32,000 nucleotides of DNA from an uncultured Chloroflexia bacterium (lineage in GTDB: Bacteria > Chloroflexota > Ktedonobacteria > Ktedonobacterales > JADMIN01). Both the position numbers and the translations under genes were made by a program. Positions 30,896-32,000 of this stretch are shown in pieces; position 1 is the stretch's first letter, and the number at the start of each line of letters is the position of its first letter. The notes beneath the pieces were generated by a model. That model was not told where the DNA came from, ran no database searches, and saw only the letters and a program-made list of their open reading frames with translations. The stretch covers positions 420,001 to 452,000 of the forward strand of contig CAVRAI010000003.1 in the NCBI GenBank assembly GCA_963718915.1, in the 5' to 3' direction.

Positions 30896-31371
30896 GATTG
30901 CGCCTCCACAGATTGTCCTTGCTCCAGCATCGCGATATGTTCGCGATAGTGCTCGAAGGTGTCGCCCGCGACGAGGCCATGCATCTCCTCGTCGTCCAAC
31001 TGCTCCGTGCTCAACGTCTCGACCAGCGCCAGCGTCTCCTGATACGAATCGTCGAAGGCGGCGCGCACCTCGGCGAGCGGGCGGTCGCGGTTGGCGGCCA
31101 GCACCCCGGCGTTGATCCGGTCAACCGCCGTCTGTTCGTTCTCGCCCGGTTGGACGAGGCTCTCCTTCGCGCCGTTGACGTAGGCGATCAGGCGCTGCTC
31201 CCAGAACGTGATGTGCGCCAGCATATCTTTGACGGACCACTCACCGAATCGCCCCGGCTGGACAAACTGCTCGTCGCCGATGGTGGCAAGCAGCGCATCG
31301 AGGCGCGCATGCTCCGCGCGCATCCGGTCGGCCACGGATGTCGCTTCATTGGTCTGGTTGTTGGATGGCAT
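30892..31371 (-). CDS. DinB-superfamily (ClbS/DfsB- or MDMPI_N-like) four-helix-bundle protein
   Basis: 'WSVKDMLAHITFWEQ' and the C-terminal 'TFEHYREHIAML' are present. Its stop overlaps the downstream DinB gene's start by 4 nt (ATGA), which suggests translational coupling. Confidence 0.8.
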   Translation of the reverse strand: MPSNNQTNEATSVADRMRAEHARLDALLATIGDEQFVQPGRFGEWSVKDMLAHITFWEQRLIAYVNGAKESLVQPGENEQTAVDRINAGVLAANRDRPLAEVRAAFDDSYQETLALVETLSTEQLDDEEMHGLVAGDTFEHYREHIAMLEQGQSVEAQS

Positions 31372-31429
31372 AGTTGGTTCTCCTGGCCGAGTCGGCGTCT
31401 GGACTGTAGACTACGACGCGCGCGGCTGA

Positions 31430-31596
31430 TGAACTTTTAGAAATAACCCCGTACAGCGTCCTATGGCGGGCGTCCAGGAAGCCCAAAGGCCCCGGCGAAT
31501 GGGCCAGAGCAGCCGGGAAATTCGCCGTAGCGTTCACGCTACGGTCTGCCTCGCCCACCACGACGTGCGGTGTTCGGCGTACATAGTAAATCGACA
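31430..31596 (-). mobile_element. B-family MITE, copy B5 (inverted relative to B2), flanked by TGA on both sides
   Basis: The reverse complement aligns with B2 over its whole length: ...GGCGAGGCAGA-CCGTAGCG-TGAA-CGCTACGG-CGAATTTCCC...GCTGTACGGGGTTATTTCTAAAAGTTCA. TGA occurs at 31427-29 and 31597-99. The hairpin lies at 31525-31544. Confidence 0.8.
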
Positions 31597-31622
31597 TGAT
31601 GCTACGGCCAGCTCCCCCTGCT

Positions 31623-32000
31623 CTAGTAAACGCCACGAGTAGCTGTTTCTATGCGCAGGTCGGCCCAGATGGCCGTCTCGCGATAGCGGTTCGCCTGGCC
31701 GCCCCCCGGCAGCAGCTCGCGCCCAAGCGCCGACAGCCGCGCGCGCCGTTCGCTCAGCGTCAGACCCGGCTCGACGGCAACAGGGTCAATCATAACCCAT
31801 GGCGCGACCGCCAGAAAGCCTCCCACCAGCGCCGCGCCCGTCACAGTATGGACCGCCTCATCCACGCCGACAAAGGCGCCGCCTGGTCGCGATGGCGCGG
31901 GAGCATCGCGCGCCGTGATGCTGGACTGGCCATCGAAGGTGATATCGAACAGATTGCCGGTCTGCATCGCGCAGACATTGTAGCGCAGGCGCGAATAGAG
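31623..32000 (-). CDS. Hypothetical protein, C-terminal part (frame open to the right window edge)
   Basis: The minus-strand frame runs without a stop from nt 32000 to the stop at 31623. Its composition is not shadow-like. I recognise no family. Confidence 0.55.
   Translation of the reverse strand, partial: LYSRLRYNVCAMQTGNLFDITFDGQSSITARDAPAPSRPGGAFVGVDEAVHTVTGAALVGGFLAVAPWVMIDPVAVEPGLTLSERRARLSALGRELLPGGGQANRYRETAIWADLRIETATRGVY

Overview
This is a high-GC (about 65% by eye) bacterial chromosomal segment. I recognise about 36 protein-coding genes. I found no rRNA, tRNA or CRISPR array and no canonical defence or mobile-element gene (integrase, transposase). Genes from left to right:
- 5'-truncated rho
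- a split GT-C-like membrane protein
- a membrane-anchored MutS-domain-V ATPase
- a low-GC orphan gene
- a COG2521-type SAM methyltransferase
- DinB-like protein and two VOC/glyoxalase paralogues
- a 367-aa orphan with LuxI/N-acyl-synthase-like motif order, next to a HAMP membrane protein
- two MFS transporters, one divergent from a PadR regulator with duplicated palindromic operators
- SAM methyltransferase, HhH protein, DUF457-type membrane hydrolase and Rieske protein
- an excisionase-type HTH gene plus dinD, followed by two 5' gene stubs
- GNAT acetyltransferase and queC
- an Rrf2-sufC-sufS-sufU operon with no sufB/sufD
- a lipoprotein and a CHAP-domain protein
- a free-standing archaeal-type ThrRS editing domain
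- a split secreted protein and a split GT87-like membrane protein
- two more DinB-superfamily genes and a partial ORF at the right edge

The strongest signal not explained by genes is in the intergenic DNA, which holds two families of small structured repeats. Family A is REP-like, has two hairpins and occurs four times. Family B is MITE-like, about 125-250 bp, and occurs five times. Both keep their hairpins through compensatory substitutions. One B copy is a clean insertion, with terminal inverted repeats and a TTA target-site duplication, inside the hairpin loop of an A copy.

Three split genes are each repaired by adding one G to a G-run, and all three encode envelope proteins. Several unrelated CDSs carry in-frame 9-bp x3 tandem repeats.

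Taxonomy cannot be established from this window. Composition, the abundance of DinB genes, the GT87 gene and the RG-rich Rho extension fit a Chloroflexota- or Actinomycetota-like organism, but that is inference only. All family assignments come from motif recognition by eye and not from database searches.
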